Shown one piece after another: positions 28,826 through 38,622 of a stretch of 64,000 nt of DNA. Both the position numbers and the translations under genes were made by a program. The stretch lies in NCBI GenBank assembly GCA_026397315.1, contig JAPLVC010000003.1, positions 1-64,000 on the forward strand, read 5' to 3'. The notes under the pieces are model-generated. The model was not told the DNA's origin, ran no database searches, and saw only the letters and a program-made list of their open reading frames with translations. Positions within the stretch are counted from its first letter, which is position 1. Every line of letters begins with the position of its first letter. The DNA is from Candidatus Aenigmatarchaeota archaeon. Its GTDB lineage: Archaea > Aenigmatarchaeota > Aenigmatarchaeia > QMZP01 > QMZT01.

Positions 28826-29646
28826 TCACCGAAAATTTTTTGGTACTCGGGCACGACATCCTCCGAGAACTTCACTATCCCCTCGAACGTCTTCGGGTGT
28901 TTTATCATTTCCTCGAGCACGTCGAAAGGTATGGTAGCTATGTGCGCGCCTGCCAAGGCGACCTCTCGGACCTGCCTGGCGTTGCGCAGCGACGCCGCAA
29001 TGACTTCAGTTTTCATGCCGTATCTTTCAAGTATTTCCATAGTCCTCTTCACCAGTTCGACGCCGCTCGCTATACCCTTGTCGTCCACGAGTTGCCCGTC
29101 CTTGTGTTTCCCTTCCGCCGGGAAATAGTCTCCCTTGCCGAAGCTCTCGCCGAGCTTCGTTCTTAGATAATCGTCAATCCTGCCGGCGAACGGGCTTACG
29201 TACGCCGCTCCGGCTTTCGCCGCGAGCAGCGCCTGCTCCGGCGTCATTACAAGCGTGGCGTTGACGGGGATTTTCCTGCGGCTGAGATCCTTTATCGCTT
29301 TCAGTCCCTCGTAATGCTCCTCGCCCTCCTGGCGTGACGTGCTCACAGGAACCTTTATCACGACGTTGCCCATCAGGCCATTGAACTTGCCGTAAAGCAT
29401 CACGCCTTCCTTGACCATGTCCTCCGCCTTGAGGCTGACAACTTCAAGGCTGACAGGACTGTCCCTGCCAGCGACTTTGCAGATGTCTGAAATGTAATTA
29501 GCCATGTCGACTTTCTTGCCGCCGCTTTTCAGCTTGTCGACGGCTTTTTTGATCAGCGACGGGTTCGTAGTCACGCCGTCGCACATGCCGTATTCCTTCG
29601 CTTTGTTTATCTCGTCGATTTCCGCTGAATCCACAAAAATTTTCAT
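28822..29646 (-). CDS. tal: transaldolase (FSA/TalC family)
   Basis: IFVDSA, GVTTNPS, IKVP, YVSPFAGRIDD, AASLR. Confidence 0.92.
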   Translation of the reverse strand: MKIFVDSAEIDEINKAKEYGMCDGVTTNPSLIKKAVDKLKSGGKKVDMANYISDICKVAGRDSPVSLEVVSLKAEDMVKEGVMLYGKFNGLMGNVVIKVPVSTSRQEGEEHYEGLKAIKDLSRRKIPVNATLVMTPEQALLAAKAGAAYVSPFAGRIDDYLRTKLGESFGKGDYFPAEGKHKDGQLVDDKGIASGVELVKRTMEILERYGMKTEVIAASLRNARQVREVALAGAHIATIPFDVLEEMIKHPKTFEGIVKFSEDVVPEYQKIFGD

Positions 29647-29666
29647 AATATCACCATTATTTTATT

Positions 29667-30323
29667 TCAAGCCGACGCGTCCGCTTTCTCCCTTATGGTT
29701 CTCAGCATCGCAGCAGGATCCTGGCTGTAGAATATGGCAGAGCCCGCCACAAGCACGTCCGCCCCGGCGCCAGCAACGGCCGCGCAGTTGTCCTTGTTTA
29801 TGCCGCCGTCGACTTCTACTTCGAAGCTCAGGTTTTTCTGCAAGGCGATTTCCTTAAGCTTCGTCACTTTAGACAGCGCATGCGGCATGAACTTCTGGCC
29901 GCCGAAACCCGGCTCGACCGTCATCACGAGGACGACGTCCGCCATATGTAAAACATGCTCTATTTCAGAAACGTCAGTTCCCGGTTTTATCGAAACGCCC
30001 GCCTTGCACCCGAGGCCCTTTATCTGCTCCAGAACAGCGCCCAGGTCCTTGCATGCCTCTGCGTGGACGACGATTATGTCCGCGCCTGCTTCAGCGAATG
30101 CAGCCACGTGCTTTTCCGGATGCTCTATCATGAGGTGGACGTCGAGAACCTGCTGCGTTATCTTGCGCAGAGCCTTCACTACGAGCGGGCCTATGGTTAT
30201 GCTAGGCACGAAGCGGCCGTCCATCACGTCGATGTGAATCCATTCAGCTCCCTCCACTTTTTTCAGTTCGCTCTGCAGGCAGGCGAAATTGGCCGAAAGT
30301 ATCGAAGGCGAAATCTTGACCAT
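29667..30323 (-). CDS. rpe: ribulose-phosphate 3-epimerase
   Basis: SPSILSA, HIDVMDG, DVHLM, PGFGGQ, VDGG. Confidence 0.96.
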   Translation of the reverse strand: MVKISPSILSANFACLQSELKKVEGAEWIHIDVMDGRFVPSITIGPLVVKALRKITQQVLDVHLMIEHPEKHVAAFAEAGADIIVVHAEACKDLGAVLEQIKGLGCKAGVSIKPGTDVSEIEHVLHMADVVLVMTVEPGFGGQKFMPHALSKVTKLKEIALQKNLSFEVEVDGGINKDNCAAVAGAGADVLVAGSAIFYSQDPAAMLRTIREKADASA

Positions 30324-30380
30324 TTTAAAGATTTAGCTTCACGCTTTATATTTTTATACCAGCCAGCGATAATCATAATC

Positions 30381-30836
30381 ATGAAAGTTGCGATAGGTTC
30401 CGACCATGCGGGCTACGAACTGAAAGAGAAGCTCAAGGAGTTCCTGCAGGCGAACGGCTATCACTTCGAGGACTTCGGGACGAATTCTACGGACGCTAGC
30501 GATTATCCGGAATACGCCAAAAAGGTCTCCGAGGCCGTGATTAGCGGCTTCGAGTTCGGGATTCTGATTTGTGGCAGCGGCATTGGCATGTCCATCGCGG
30601 CGAACAAGTTCCCCGGGATTCGCGCGGCTTTCTGCATGAACCACGACCTTGCTAAGGCGAGCCGCGAGCACAACAATGCGAACGTCCTCACATTAGGCGC
30701 GAAGTTCACGACCGACTTGGAAGCGAAGAAGATAGTGAAAGCGTTCCTTGAGACGAAGTTCAGCAACGAGGAACGCCACATAAAGCGGCTCAAGAAGCTC
30801 GCCGAGATCGAGATGATTTTCCAGGCGAGGAAGTAA
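30381..30836 (+). CDS. rpiB: ribose 5-phosphate isomerase B
   Basis: GSDHAG, CGSGIG, HNNAN, RH. Confidence 0.96.
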   Translation: MKVAIGSDHAGYELKEKLKEFLQANGYHFEDFGTNSTDASDYPEYAKKVSEAVISGFEFGILICGSGIGMSIAANKFPGIRAAFCMNHDLAKASREHNNANVLTLGAKFTTDLEAKKIVKAFLETKFSNEERHIKRLKKLAEIEMIFQARK

Positions 30837-30912
30837 TACTTTGCAATACGCGCTTCCACGACGTAGGAAATCTTTTTATATTGTATGAGCAAATAATACT
30901 CGGTATGATGTT

Positions 30913-31755
30913 ATGAAGGAACGCATAACGCTCACTATAGACAGGAAAATTCTGGAGAAGATAGACACGATGGTCGACGGGCTAGACGTGCGCAACCGCT
31001 CGCACGCGATAGAGCTCGTGCTTTCCAAGTTTCTGAGCATGCGGGAACTGAAGACGGCGCTCATCCTCTGCGGCGGAGAGGGAACGAGACTTCGCCCCAT
31101 CACATACGAGACGCCCAAGGCGCTGGTCCCCGTTCAGGGCAAGCCGCTCATAGAGCACATGTTCGACCTGCTCAAGAAATACAACATAAACGACGTCATA
31201 ATCTCGGTAGGCTACCTGAAGGAGAAAATAATAGCAGAGAAGAACAGCTGGTCCAAGCTGGGCCTTAACATATCATATGTCGAAGAGAGCGCGCCACTAG
31301 GGACTGGCGGACCACTAAGGTTTGCCAAGGACAGGCTTACCAAGACTTTCATAGTCTCCAACGGCGACGAGCTGAAGGACATAAACATAGTCGACATGTA
31401 CGAGGCACACAAGAAGAACCGCGCGCTCGTCACCATCGCGCTCACGACGGTGGATGATCCCAGCCAGTATGGCGTCGCGAGGCTCGACGGCTCCAGGATA
31501 ATAGAGTTCGTCGAGAAGCCGAAGAAAGGCAAGTCGCCTTCGAATCTCATAAATGCGGGCTTCTACATAATGGAGCCCGAAGTCGTCGAGATGATCCCCA
31601 AAGGTCCGTGCTCGCTGGAGAAGGAAATATTTCCCAAGCTCGCGAAGATGGGGCGGCTCTACGGGTTCCCGTTCAGCGGCCAGTGGTTCGACACCGGCAC
31701 GATGGAACGCTACGAGCACGCGCTCAAGGCGTGGAAGGGCGTCAGGACGGAATAA
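30913..31755 (+). CDS. RHH-fused NDP-sugar nucleotidyltransferase
   Basis: N-terminal RITLTID...RNRSHAIE RHH; GGEGTRLRP..PK, LGTGG, NGD, EKP, WFDTG. Confidence 0.9.
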   Translation: MKERITLTIDRKILEKIDTMVDGLDVRNRSHAIELVLSKFLSMRELKTALILCGGEGTRLRPITYETPKALVPVQGKPLIEHMFDLLKKYNINDVIISVGYLKEKIIAEKNSWSKLGLNISYVEESAPLGTGGPLRFAKDRLTKTFIVSNGDELKDINIVDMYEAHKKNRALVTIALTTVDDPSQYGVARLDGSRIIEFVEKPKKGKSPSNLINAGFYIMEPEVVEMIPKGPCSLEKEIFPKLAKMGRLYGFPFSGQWFDTGTMERYEHALKAWKGVRTE

Positions 31756-31851
31756 TCACCTTAGAAACCATTTAATTTTTACTTACTTATACGTTGCAAC
31801 CAAATTAAAGATTTATAAAGTTTATTTTTTCAATATTAGCAAGGTGAGTTT

Positions 31852-32373
31852 ATGGGAGAGCACATGGACAATTTCAGGAAATTAGTGAAGCAGGAGGAAT
31901 TAAATAATCGACAAAAACAGACGTTTTCATACGTTAAACAATTATATTTTATTGAACCAGGTTTCGACGTTGATAATTATGAGCATCTTATGGGATGCCC
32001 AGAAAAAGATCTAGGTGATAATGAGTATGCTCAGGATATACGGAAGATAAATGAGGAAGTTGTCAGAACGTTTGAGAGTTTGGGCAAGGAAGGAATTACC
32101 ATTTTGGGAATGGCTTTGATTAATCCAGATGAATGTACACTCAGACAAAATGCCGCAATTATTTTGGGTGAACTTGGAAAAAGATACCATCCACATACAG
32201 AGAATTATAAATTTATCAGAGGCCTTCTAACGTCAAAGGCTATCGGTACCGGCGCTTCCATCGAACGCGATGGTTATGACTTCGGGTCCAATGTGGAACC
32301 TGAGGGTTTTGTAACCGCGAGAATATTGCACGCCCTTAATGGGATGGGCGTTGTTGAGGATTCTAATAAGTGA
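31852..32373 (+). CDS. hypothetical protein with HEAT-like motif
   Basis: LRQNAAIILGELG; AT-rich. Confidence 0.55.
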   Translation: MGEHMDNFRKLVKQEELNNRQKQTFSYVKQLYFIEPGFDVDNYEHLMGCPEKDLGDNEYAQDIRKINEEVVRTFESLGKEGITILGMALINPDECTLRQNAAIILGELGKRYHPHTENYKFIRGLLTSKAIGTGASIERDGYDFGSNVEPEGFVTARILHALNGMGVVEDSNK

Positions 32374-32566
32374 TTTCGCTTTTATTGCAGTAACGAGCCT
32401 ATCCATGACAGCCCTCAGCCAAAGACCTGAAAGAAAGTTTCCATTACGGTCTCTCGTTTTGGGTTTTTAAAAATCCAGGATGTGCATACAAGCACATATT
32501 TAAACCATTATGGTTATATATAAGGAATATAATAACCGAGTTATAGGATGTTTGTAAAGTGATATC

Positions 32567-33088
32567 ATGGGATTGAGACCGGCAAGATGCTACAGGAAGC
32601 TTGAGAGGCCGAACACGCGCATCTCGATAAGCAAGCCCAGGAAAAGCTACGTGAAAGGCGTCCCGCCGTCGAAAATACACAGGTTCAACTCCGGAGTGGA
32701 CAAGCCGGAATTCACGGTCAACATGTATCTCGTCATCAAGAACGCCGTCCAGGTGAGGAACAACGCGCTCGAGGCGATGAGGCTATCGGCGACGAAGGAG
32801 CTTGAAAAGAAGGCGGGCGTCGACGGATACTTTGTCAAGATTCTTATATTCCCCCATCATGTTCTCAGGGAAAACCCGCTTGCAACAGGCGCAGGCGCCG
32901 ACAGATTCCAGACGGGCATGCGCAAGGCGTTTGGAAGGCCCATAGGCACGGCAGCACGCACGAAGAAGAACCAGCGCATTCTAGTGGCGAAAATCGCCCC
33001 CATAAACGAGGCCGTGTGCAGGCACGCCCTGAAAATCGCTTCTTCAAAAGTTCCGAGCTCCTGCTACATCGAGACTGTAAGACTGTAA
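32567..33088 (+). CDS. rpl10e: 50S ribosomal protein uL16 (L10e)
   Basis: RPARCYR, HHVLREN..A.GAGADR.QTGMR.AFG.P. Confidence 0.96.
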   Translation: MGLRPARCYRKLERPNTRISISKPRKSYVKGVPPSKIHRFNSGVDKPEFTVNMYLVIKNAVQVRNNALEAMRLSATKELEKKAGVDGYFVKILIFPHHVLRENPLATGAGADRFQTGMRKAFGRPIGTAARTKKNQRILVAKIAPINEAVCRHALKIASSKVPSSCYIETVRL

Positions 33089-33165
33089 AGTAGGATGCAG
33101 GTTAGTCGGGGAGAAAACAAAAAGAAGAATGGGAAGTGTTAAAATGCTTCCCTAATCTTGTTGCT

Positions 33166-33432
33166 TTATCTTATCAGGCCACTGAACACTGCCCACAATG
33201 CACCAACCACCAAGAAAAGCCAGCCAAGAAACTCGAATATGTATACTCCGAAGATGTAAGTGCTTCCCAGCATGTTAGTGAACAAGCTCGCTGTAAATGC
33301 TATCGATACGAGGAAGAAAACCCCCGCGGCCGCTATGAAGTTAAACTGTCGCTCTGCTTTCGTCCTGATTTTCGCGTACTCTGCAAAAACTGGTGTTAGC
33401 AGCGTTGCAATGGCAAGCCATATGTCTATCAT
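33166..33432 (-). CDS. three-TM membrane protein
   Basis: hydrophobic 88 aa. Confidence 0.7.
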   Translation of the reverse strand: MIDIWLAIATLLTPVFAEYAKIRTKAERQFNFIAAAGVFFLVSIAFTASLFTNMLGSTYIFGVYIFEFLGWLFLVVGALWAVFSGLIR

Positions 33433-33505
33433 TTGAACACCCCTTGTTAAATAATTGGTCCCGACTCCAATATAAATCCTCGCATGCGTCTGGCAGCACG
33501 TTTGT

Positions 33506-34324
33506 TTATAAATAGACTTCTATGCCTGCGGCGACGAGAATGAACAATGCGCCTATGGCTATTATCTTGAGCGAGTCTAAAAATATGATCTCCATGACTT
33601 TCGTACTTCTGCACCTGAGTATCGCTGCCGACAGCAGTCCGCCCGCGATGCTGGCGCAAAGGTAGCCGACGACCTCGGGTATGCCGTGCGGCAGAAACGA
33701 TAGCGTGACCATGGGAATGTCGGTTATCGATTTAGATAGCTCGCCTATGCACGTGCCCAGGATGGAAGCGTTCCACACGATTATGAACACTGCGCCCGCT
33801 CCGTAGAGCAGCGAGAATATGAAGGAAAATATCATCACTTCCATGTTATTAGCGAAGACTGCTAGAAATGAGTCGAAGTTGCCTTTTATTATCCTGCCCG
33901 TGAACTGGCCGGAAACGGCTGCGCGTATCTCGGTTATCTTGACGAGCTGTACCTGGAAGAAATCCTGCGGCAGGATGAAGGACCACGCGGCGAAAGCGAC
34001 GGTCACGCCGAGGAAGTAGAACAGGAACATCAGTATGTCCTTTTCGTGGCGCTTGAAGAAGTCCTTTTTGTAATGGTTTATGCATGCCTCTTCCTCCATT
34101 TTCTCTTCCTTCATTATCACTCTGGTCAGGAAGTAGACCGACGGCATGATGGTGAATATGACCGCGAACATGCCCGTAAGGTTGAAAGACACGCCTGAAA
34201 TGGTGACCTTGTAGAAAAGCTGCGTCGAGAGAAGCACGCCCACCGTCGTTATGAGCAGCGCCCAGATGAACGTCAGGTAAGGCGACTTGTCCACCTCCCT
34301 GAAGCTGAGGATCGACTCGAGCAT
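33506..34324 (-). CDS. SpoIIM/DUF95 family membrane protein
   Basis: F.NN, WNA..LG, PHGIPE, AA.IE. Confidence 0.88.
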   Translation of the reverse strand: MLESILSFREVDKSPYLTFIWALLITTVGVLLSTQLFYKVTISGVSFNLTGMFAVIFTIMPSVYFLTRVIMKEEKMEEEACINHYKKDFFKRHEKDILMFLFYFLGVTVAFAAWSFILPQDFFQVQLVKITEIRAAVSGQFTGRIIKGNFDSFLAVFANNMEVMIFSFIFSLLYGAGAVFIIVWNASILGTCIGELSKSITDIPMVTLSFLPHGIPEVVGYLCASIAGGLLSAAILRCRSTKVMEIIFLDSLKIIAIGALFILVAAGIEVYL

Positions 34325-34410
34325 AATATTATTATGGCCGCATGCATTTTAATCTCTTGCAGTCGCTAGCTGTCTGAAGCGATTTAAGGCCGGGCAGGCA
34401 GAATATAATC

Positions 34411-35115
34411 ATGAAGTTCCCGAAGCCGGGCAGGAACATTTTTCACAGGGGTTCGAAGGAAGCCGCGCCGCCTGCCGCGAAGGATGGCAAGTCAGCCGAA
34501 GACAAAAAGTTCGTGGAATCCATAAACGAGATATACAGGCAGTTCAAGGAGGAGAAGCTGCGCAAGGAGCGCTTTGCCATTCTCGGCGTTGGCAACGACC
34601 TGAAAGGCGACGACGGCGTTGGCCCATACGTCGCTGAAAAACTAAAGAAACTAATAGGCAAAGACGAATATTTCCTTTTCATAAAGACGGCGATGCCCGA
34701 GGATCACGTCCGCGAACTGAAAGCCTTCACGCCCACGCTTCTCATAATCGTCGACGCTGCGGATTTCGGGAAGAGGCCCGGAAGCCTTAAAGTGATAAGG
34801 GACTACGAGATAAGCGATACGGCGCTCTCAACGCACATAACGCCGCTCAGCATTTTCCTGCGCCTTTACAACGCCGACCAGCCGGTGAAAAACCCGGTCA
34901 CCATAATCGGCATACAGAAGAAAAGCAACGAGTTCGGCCAGCCCCTCGGCAGCGAGGCCAGAGTCGCTGGTGACAAGGTCGCGGAAATAATAAACGACCT
35001 TTATCGCAAGAAGCTGCTCGGCACCATGCTGGAGAAGGAATTCGAGCGTCAATCCAGCGCCATCAAGAAGATAGAGAGCGCTTTCTCGGGCGGAAAAAAA
35101 GCCACAGGCAAATAG
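34411..35115 (+). CDS. hycI: hydrogenase maturation protease (HycI-like)
   Basis: GVGNDLKGDDGVG, PE, VDAA, STH..P. Confidence 0.88.
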   Translation: MKFPKPGRNIFHRGSKEAAPPAAKDGKSAEDKKFVESINEIYRQFKEEKLRKERFAILGVGNDLKGDDGVGPYVAEKLKKLIGKDEYFLFIKTAMPEDHVRELKAFTPTLLIIVDAADFGKRPGSLKVIRDYEISDTALSTHITPLSIFLRLYNADQPVKNPVTIIGIQKKSNEFGQPLGSEARVAGDKVAEIINDLYRKKLLGTMLEKEFERQSSAIKKIESAFSGGKKATGK

Positions 35116-35121
35116 CGCGGA

Positions 35122-35460
35122 CTATTTTTTATGCGTTTCTTTGAACTTGTCCTTGTCGGGACCGGCGAGTTCGAACTTGTCCGAATTATCGACGGATTTC
35201 GGGTTTGTCGGGCAGACGTCGTGACATTTGCCGCAGAAGATGCATTTTCCGACATCGATGGACCACGTCTTCTGCTCCCTGTTGACGACTATCGCGTTTG
35301 TGGGACAGTTTATGGCGCAGAGCATGCAGAAGATGCACGTTTCCTTTTTCCATTCCACCTTGCCGCGGAATCCGGGCGGCAGCGAAGGCCGCTGTTTCGG
35401 ATAGCGTCTCGTCGCAGGTCTGGAAAAAAGCCTTTGCAACGCTTCCGGTAAGAGATTCAT
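35122..35460 (-). CDS. 2[4Fe-4S] subunit (NuoI/HycF-like)
   Basis: T.RYP, FRG, CxxCxxCxxxCP twice. Confidence 0.92.
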   Translation of the reverse strand: MNLLPEALQRLFSRPATRRYPKQRPSLPPGFRGKVEWKKETCIFCMLCAINCPTNAIVVNREQKTWSIDVGKCIFCGKCHDVCPTNPKSVDNSDKFELAGPDKDKFKETHKK

Positions 35461-35471
35461 TTTTCATACAC

Positions 35472-36395
35472 CTACATGACATAAAACCCTAGCAGGACCC
35501 TGGCAAGGTCGATGAGAGCTAACGGCCCTACGACGAACCAGTAAAACCTGAAAGCCTGAGCTATCTGCAACCTGGCGAACACGACGCGGAATACGATCAG
35601 TATCGCTAGTAACGCGAGCGAATAAACGGCGAAAGTAAGGAGGCTGTTGGCCCCGAGGTAAAGGACCGCTCCCAGAGATATTAACACCCAGAATCCCGCC
35701 GCTTTAGCCAGCTCGAACAGCGCCAGCCTCGGGCCGCTGTATTCCGTCGTGGGGCCTGCGACTATTTCCTGCTCCGCGTCCGGTATGTGGAACGGAGGAA
35801 GCGAAAGCTTGCCCAGCACGCCCATCAGGAAAGCGAAAAATGCGAACGGCAGCTGCAGGGTGAAAAGGGGGACGATACGAAAGCCCGTTAATACGCCAAT
35901 CGTCACCAGTGAGATGACGAAGGGAAATTCATATGCGAACAGCTGCGTGAGCTCCCGTATGCTGCCTAAAGAAGCGAAGGGGTTGCCCGCGGCGAAGCCT
36001 GCGACCGCGAAAAATACGGAAGACATTATCAGGAAGTACAGTACGACGAAAAGGCTGCCCTGGAAAAATATGGGTTCGACGCTGAACATGCCGGGAAGAC
36101 CAGCGATGGGAATGAATAACGCTACAGTCATCAGCGACGCGAACGAGACCACCGGGCACAGCGTAGCTAGCGCGCCTGTTGCGTCGCGGGTTGTTATGTT
36201 CTCCTTCGACAGCAATTTGAAGAAGTCGAAGAATGGCTGCCACAAAGGCGGCCCGATGCGATGCTGCATGCGTGCGCTGACCTTGCGCACTATGCCCATG
36301 TAAAGGAAACCGATTATGAAAGCGGCCAGGAATCCTGGAAAGACGAGCATATTGAAAACGTTCTGCGCCAGCTGGGGCGTCAGCGCTTCAAACAT
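35472..36395 (-). CDS. membrane subunit (NuoH/HycD-like)
   Basis: RK..ARMQ.R.GPP..QPF.D..KL..KE, PF...AEQE...G..TEYSG. Confidence 0.92.
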   Translation of the reverse strand: MFEALTPQLAQNVFNMLVFPGFLAAFIIGFLYMGIVRKVSARMQHRIGPPLWQPFFDFFKLLSKENITTRDATGALATLCPVVSFASLMTVALFIPIAGLPGMFSVEPIFFQGSLFVVLYFLIMSSVFFAVAGFAAGNPFASLGSIRELTQLFAYEFPFVISLVTIGVLTGFRIVPLFTLQLPFAFFAFLMGVLGKLSLPPFHIPDAEQEIVAGPTTEYSGPRLALFELAKAAGFWVLISLGAVLYLGANSLLTFAVYSLALLAILIVFRVVFARLQIAQAFRFYWFVVGPLALIDLARVLLGFYVM

Positions 36396-37596
36396 GCGGG
36401 TGACCTCCGTGGCCATGCGCTTCATGCGAGCCGCCGTCTCTCATGTGCAGGATTTCGTGCTTGGTTATTATTTTTTCCTTGCACGATTTCGTGTCGATGA
36501 TGGTCATCCTGTCCGTGCACGAAAAACAAGGATCGAGTGAAGCGACTATAACAGGCACGTCGGATATCGTATGGCCTTTCAGTATTTCCTCCAGGACGTG
36601 GAAGGTCTGGTATGTCGGCGTGCGTATGCGCACCCTCGTCGGTTTTACGCCTCCGGACTGCATGTAATAGAACAGCTCACCGCGCGGCGCCTCGACCCGC
36701 GAAACTGTCTCGAGTCCTTCTTTTACGCTTACGGCTGACGGGAGCTTGAGCGAGATATCGCCCTTTATTTCAGTGAGAGTCGTCAGCGACAGCCGGATCA
36801 TGCGTATCGATTCGAGACATTCCTTCGCGCGGACTATGCAGCGCTCCTGCGCGTCGCCGCCCTCGCCGGTTACGGCCCTGAACTTCAGGTCCTTGTAGGC
36901 GAGATACCCTGTCTCCCGCACGTCGTAATCGATGCCTGAAGCACGAAGATTCGGGCCGACCGGGTTCAGCTCCTTCGCTTTCATTCGAGACAGATGCCCT
37001 ACATTCCTGGTCCTGATCTTCATCAGAGAATCATTCCTGAAAACGCTCAGATAATGCTTCAGCCGCTCTTCCAGCGTGTCGAGGTTTTTGGCCATCTTGC
37101 CGTAGTTTTCCTGACCGATGTCCCTTCTCACTCCGCCTATCACGTTCATCGCGAAGTGCACGCGGTTGCCTGTGAGCGATTCCTGCATGTCCATGACGAG
37201 CTCGCGGTCGCGGAAGATATAATGGAAGAGAGTATCGAGACCAACTTCCCAGGCGACCAGGCCCAGCGCGAGCATGTGCGAATGCATTCTTTCCAGCTCG
37301 CTCACCAGCGTGCGTATGTGCTTTGCGCGGTCGGGAATCTCGACTCCCAGCATCTGCTCGATGCCCTGACAGTAGCATGATGTATGGTAGTGCCCGCATA
37401 TGCCGCAGACGCGCTCGCTCAGGAAGACGCCTTTCGCCCAGGGCCTGTTTTCGAACGACTTCTCGATGCCCTTGTGATTGTAGCCGAGAACGAGCTCCGC
37501 CCCTTTTATCGTTTCCCCTTCGACGCGCAGCTTTATGTGGGCCGGCTCGACCAGCGCGGGATGCTGCGGTCCGAACGGCAGGACAAAATCATGCAT
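36388..37596 (-). CDS. group 4 [NiFe]-hydrogenase large subunit
   Basis: GPQHP, L1 ERVCGIC, EAPRGE, L2 DPCFSCTDR + C-terminal extension. Confidence 0.93.
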   Translation of the reverse strand: MHDFVLPFGPQHPALVEPAHIKLRVEGETIKGAELVLGYNHKGIEKSFENRPWAKGVFLSERVCGICGHYHTSCYCQGIEQMLGVEIPDRAKHIRTLVSELERMHSHMLALGLVAWEVGLDTLFHYIFRDRELVMDMQESLTGNRVHFAMNVIGGVRRDIGQENYGKMAKNLDTLEERLKHYLSVFRNDSLMKIRTRNVGHLSRMKAKELNPVGPNLRASGIDYDVRETGYLAYKDLKFRAVTGEGGDAQERCIVRAKECLESIRMIRLSLTTLTEIKGDISLKLPSAVSVKEGLETVSRVEAPRGELFYYMQSGGVKPTRVRIRTPTYQTFHVLEEILKGHTISDVPVIVASLDPCFSCTDRMTIIDTKSCKEKIITKHEILHMRDGGSHEAHGHGGHPHV

Positions 37597-37739
37597 ATAA
37601 TTATTTTGCTTACCTGTTATAAGTAACTTTCCTGTCAAAAATTACTCTTCGACGAAATTAAATAAAATAAGAAATTATGCAGTCATTAAAAAACAGCAAA
37701 CCAAAGGATGAACGGCCCTCTGAAATCCATTTTCCTTTA

Positions 37740-38081
37740 TTATGACGTTCTCATGTTCTTGGGCGTTATCTCTACACGATTGCCATCGAGCAAGTTCATG
37801 TTGAAGCCATTTCCAAGCTCGTTCTCGAAGACAACTTTTTGTACCATACCGGTTCGCGCATTCGCTTCTGATTCCATTATCATGCCTTGATAAAGGAAGC
37901 TGTGCGTTTCTCCTATAGAATCCGCAGGTATTGAATATTTTCCCGGCGTTCTCACGACCTTGTCCCCGATAGCATAATATCCGTGGCCGTCTAAGCCCAT
38001 TCCGATATAAACCGGAGTGGCTTTCCCTGCACCGATCCTGTCAGCTTCTTCCATGCCTTTCCGAAGATCTTTCATTTTCAT
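37740..38081 (-). CDS. hypothetical protein
   Basis: 113-aa ORF with GGTGA RBS. Confidence 0.55.
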   Translation of the reverse strand: MKMKDLRKGMEEADRIGAGKATPVYIGMGLDGHGYYAIGDKVVRTPGKYSIPADSIGETHSFLYQGMIMESEANARTGMVQKVVFENELGNGFNMNLLDGNRVEITPKNMRTS

Positions 38082-38192
38082 TTCATCACCAAATTATTAG
38101 TGCTTTTGATTTTCTGTTAGCTCTAAGTTTTATAAGCCTTGATTGTTGCTACAAAAAAGTAGAATAAGTGAATAAAAATAAAACCGGTTTCT

Positions 38193-38516
38193 TTATGCGA
38201 CGTCCGCTCCGACTTCAGCGCCTTTGTCGACGGTGACGAGATGGATGTTGTCGCCTTTCACCGCTGCGAGCAGCATGCCCTCCGAAGTCACGCCTTTTAT
38301 GAGCGTCGGCCTGAGGTTGGTGAGCACGACTATCTTCTTGCCGGCCAGCTTCTCCTTGTCGTAGTGATTCTTGACGCCGGCGACCAGGGTTATTTGTTTA
38401 CCTCCAATGTCGACTTCGAGCTTGTAAAGTTTGTCCGATCCCGCTATCTCGTCGGCCCTCAGGATTTCTCCCACCCTGAATTCCATTTTTTCAAAATCCT
38501 TCATTTCAACTTCCAT
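38193..38516 (-). CDS. tRNA-binding OB-fold protein (MetRS C-terminal/Trbp111-like)
   Basis: RVG.I....DKLYKL.VD.G, NL.P..I.GV.SEGMLLA. Confidence 0.9.
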   Translation of the reverse strand: MEVEMKDFEKMEFRVGEILRADEIAGSDKLYKLEVDIGGKQITLVAGVKNHYDKEKLAGKKIVVLTNLRPTLIKGVTSEGMLLAAVKGDNIHLVTVDKGAEVGADVA

Positions 38517-38622
38517 AAAATCCCCTCAATAATAGGGTGGCGCCGTGATTTAAATTATTGAGCGACCTTGAGCGGCCATCCGTCTCGCGCCATTTATTAA
38601 CCTCTGTAAGACAATTATAATT

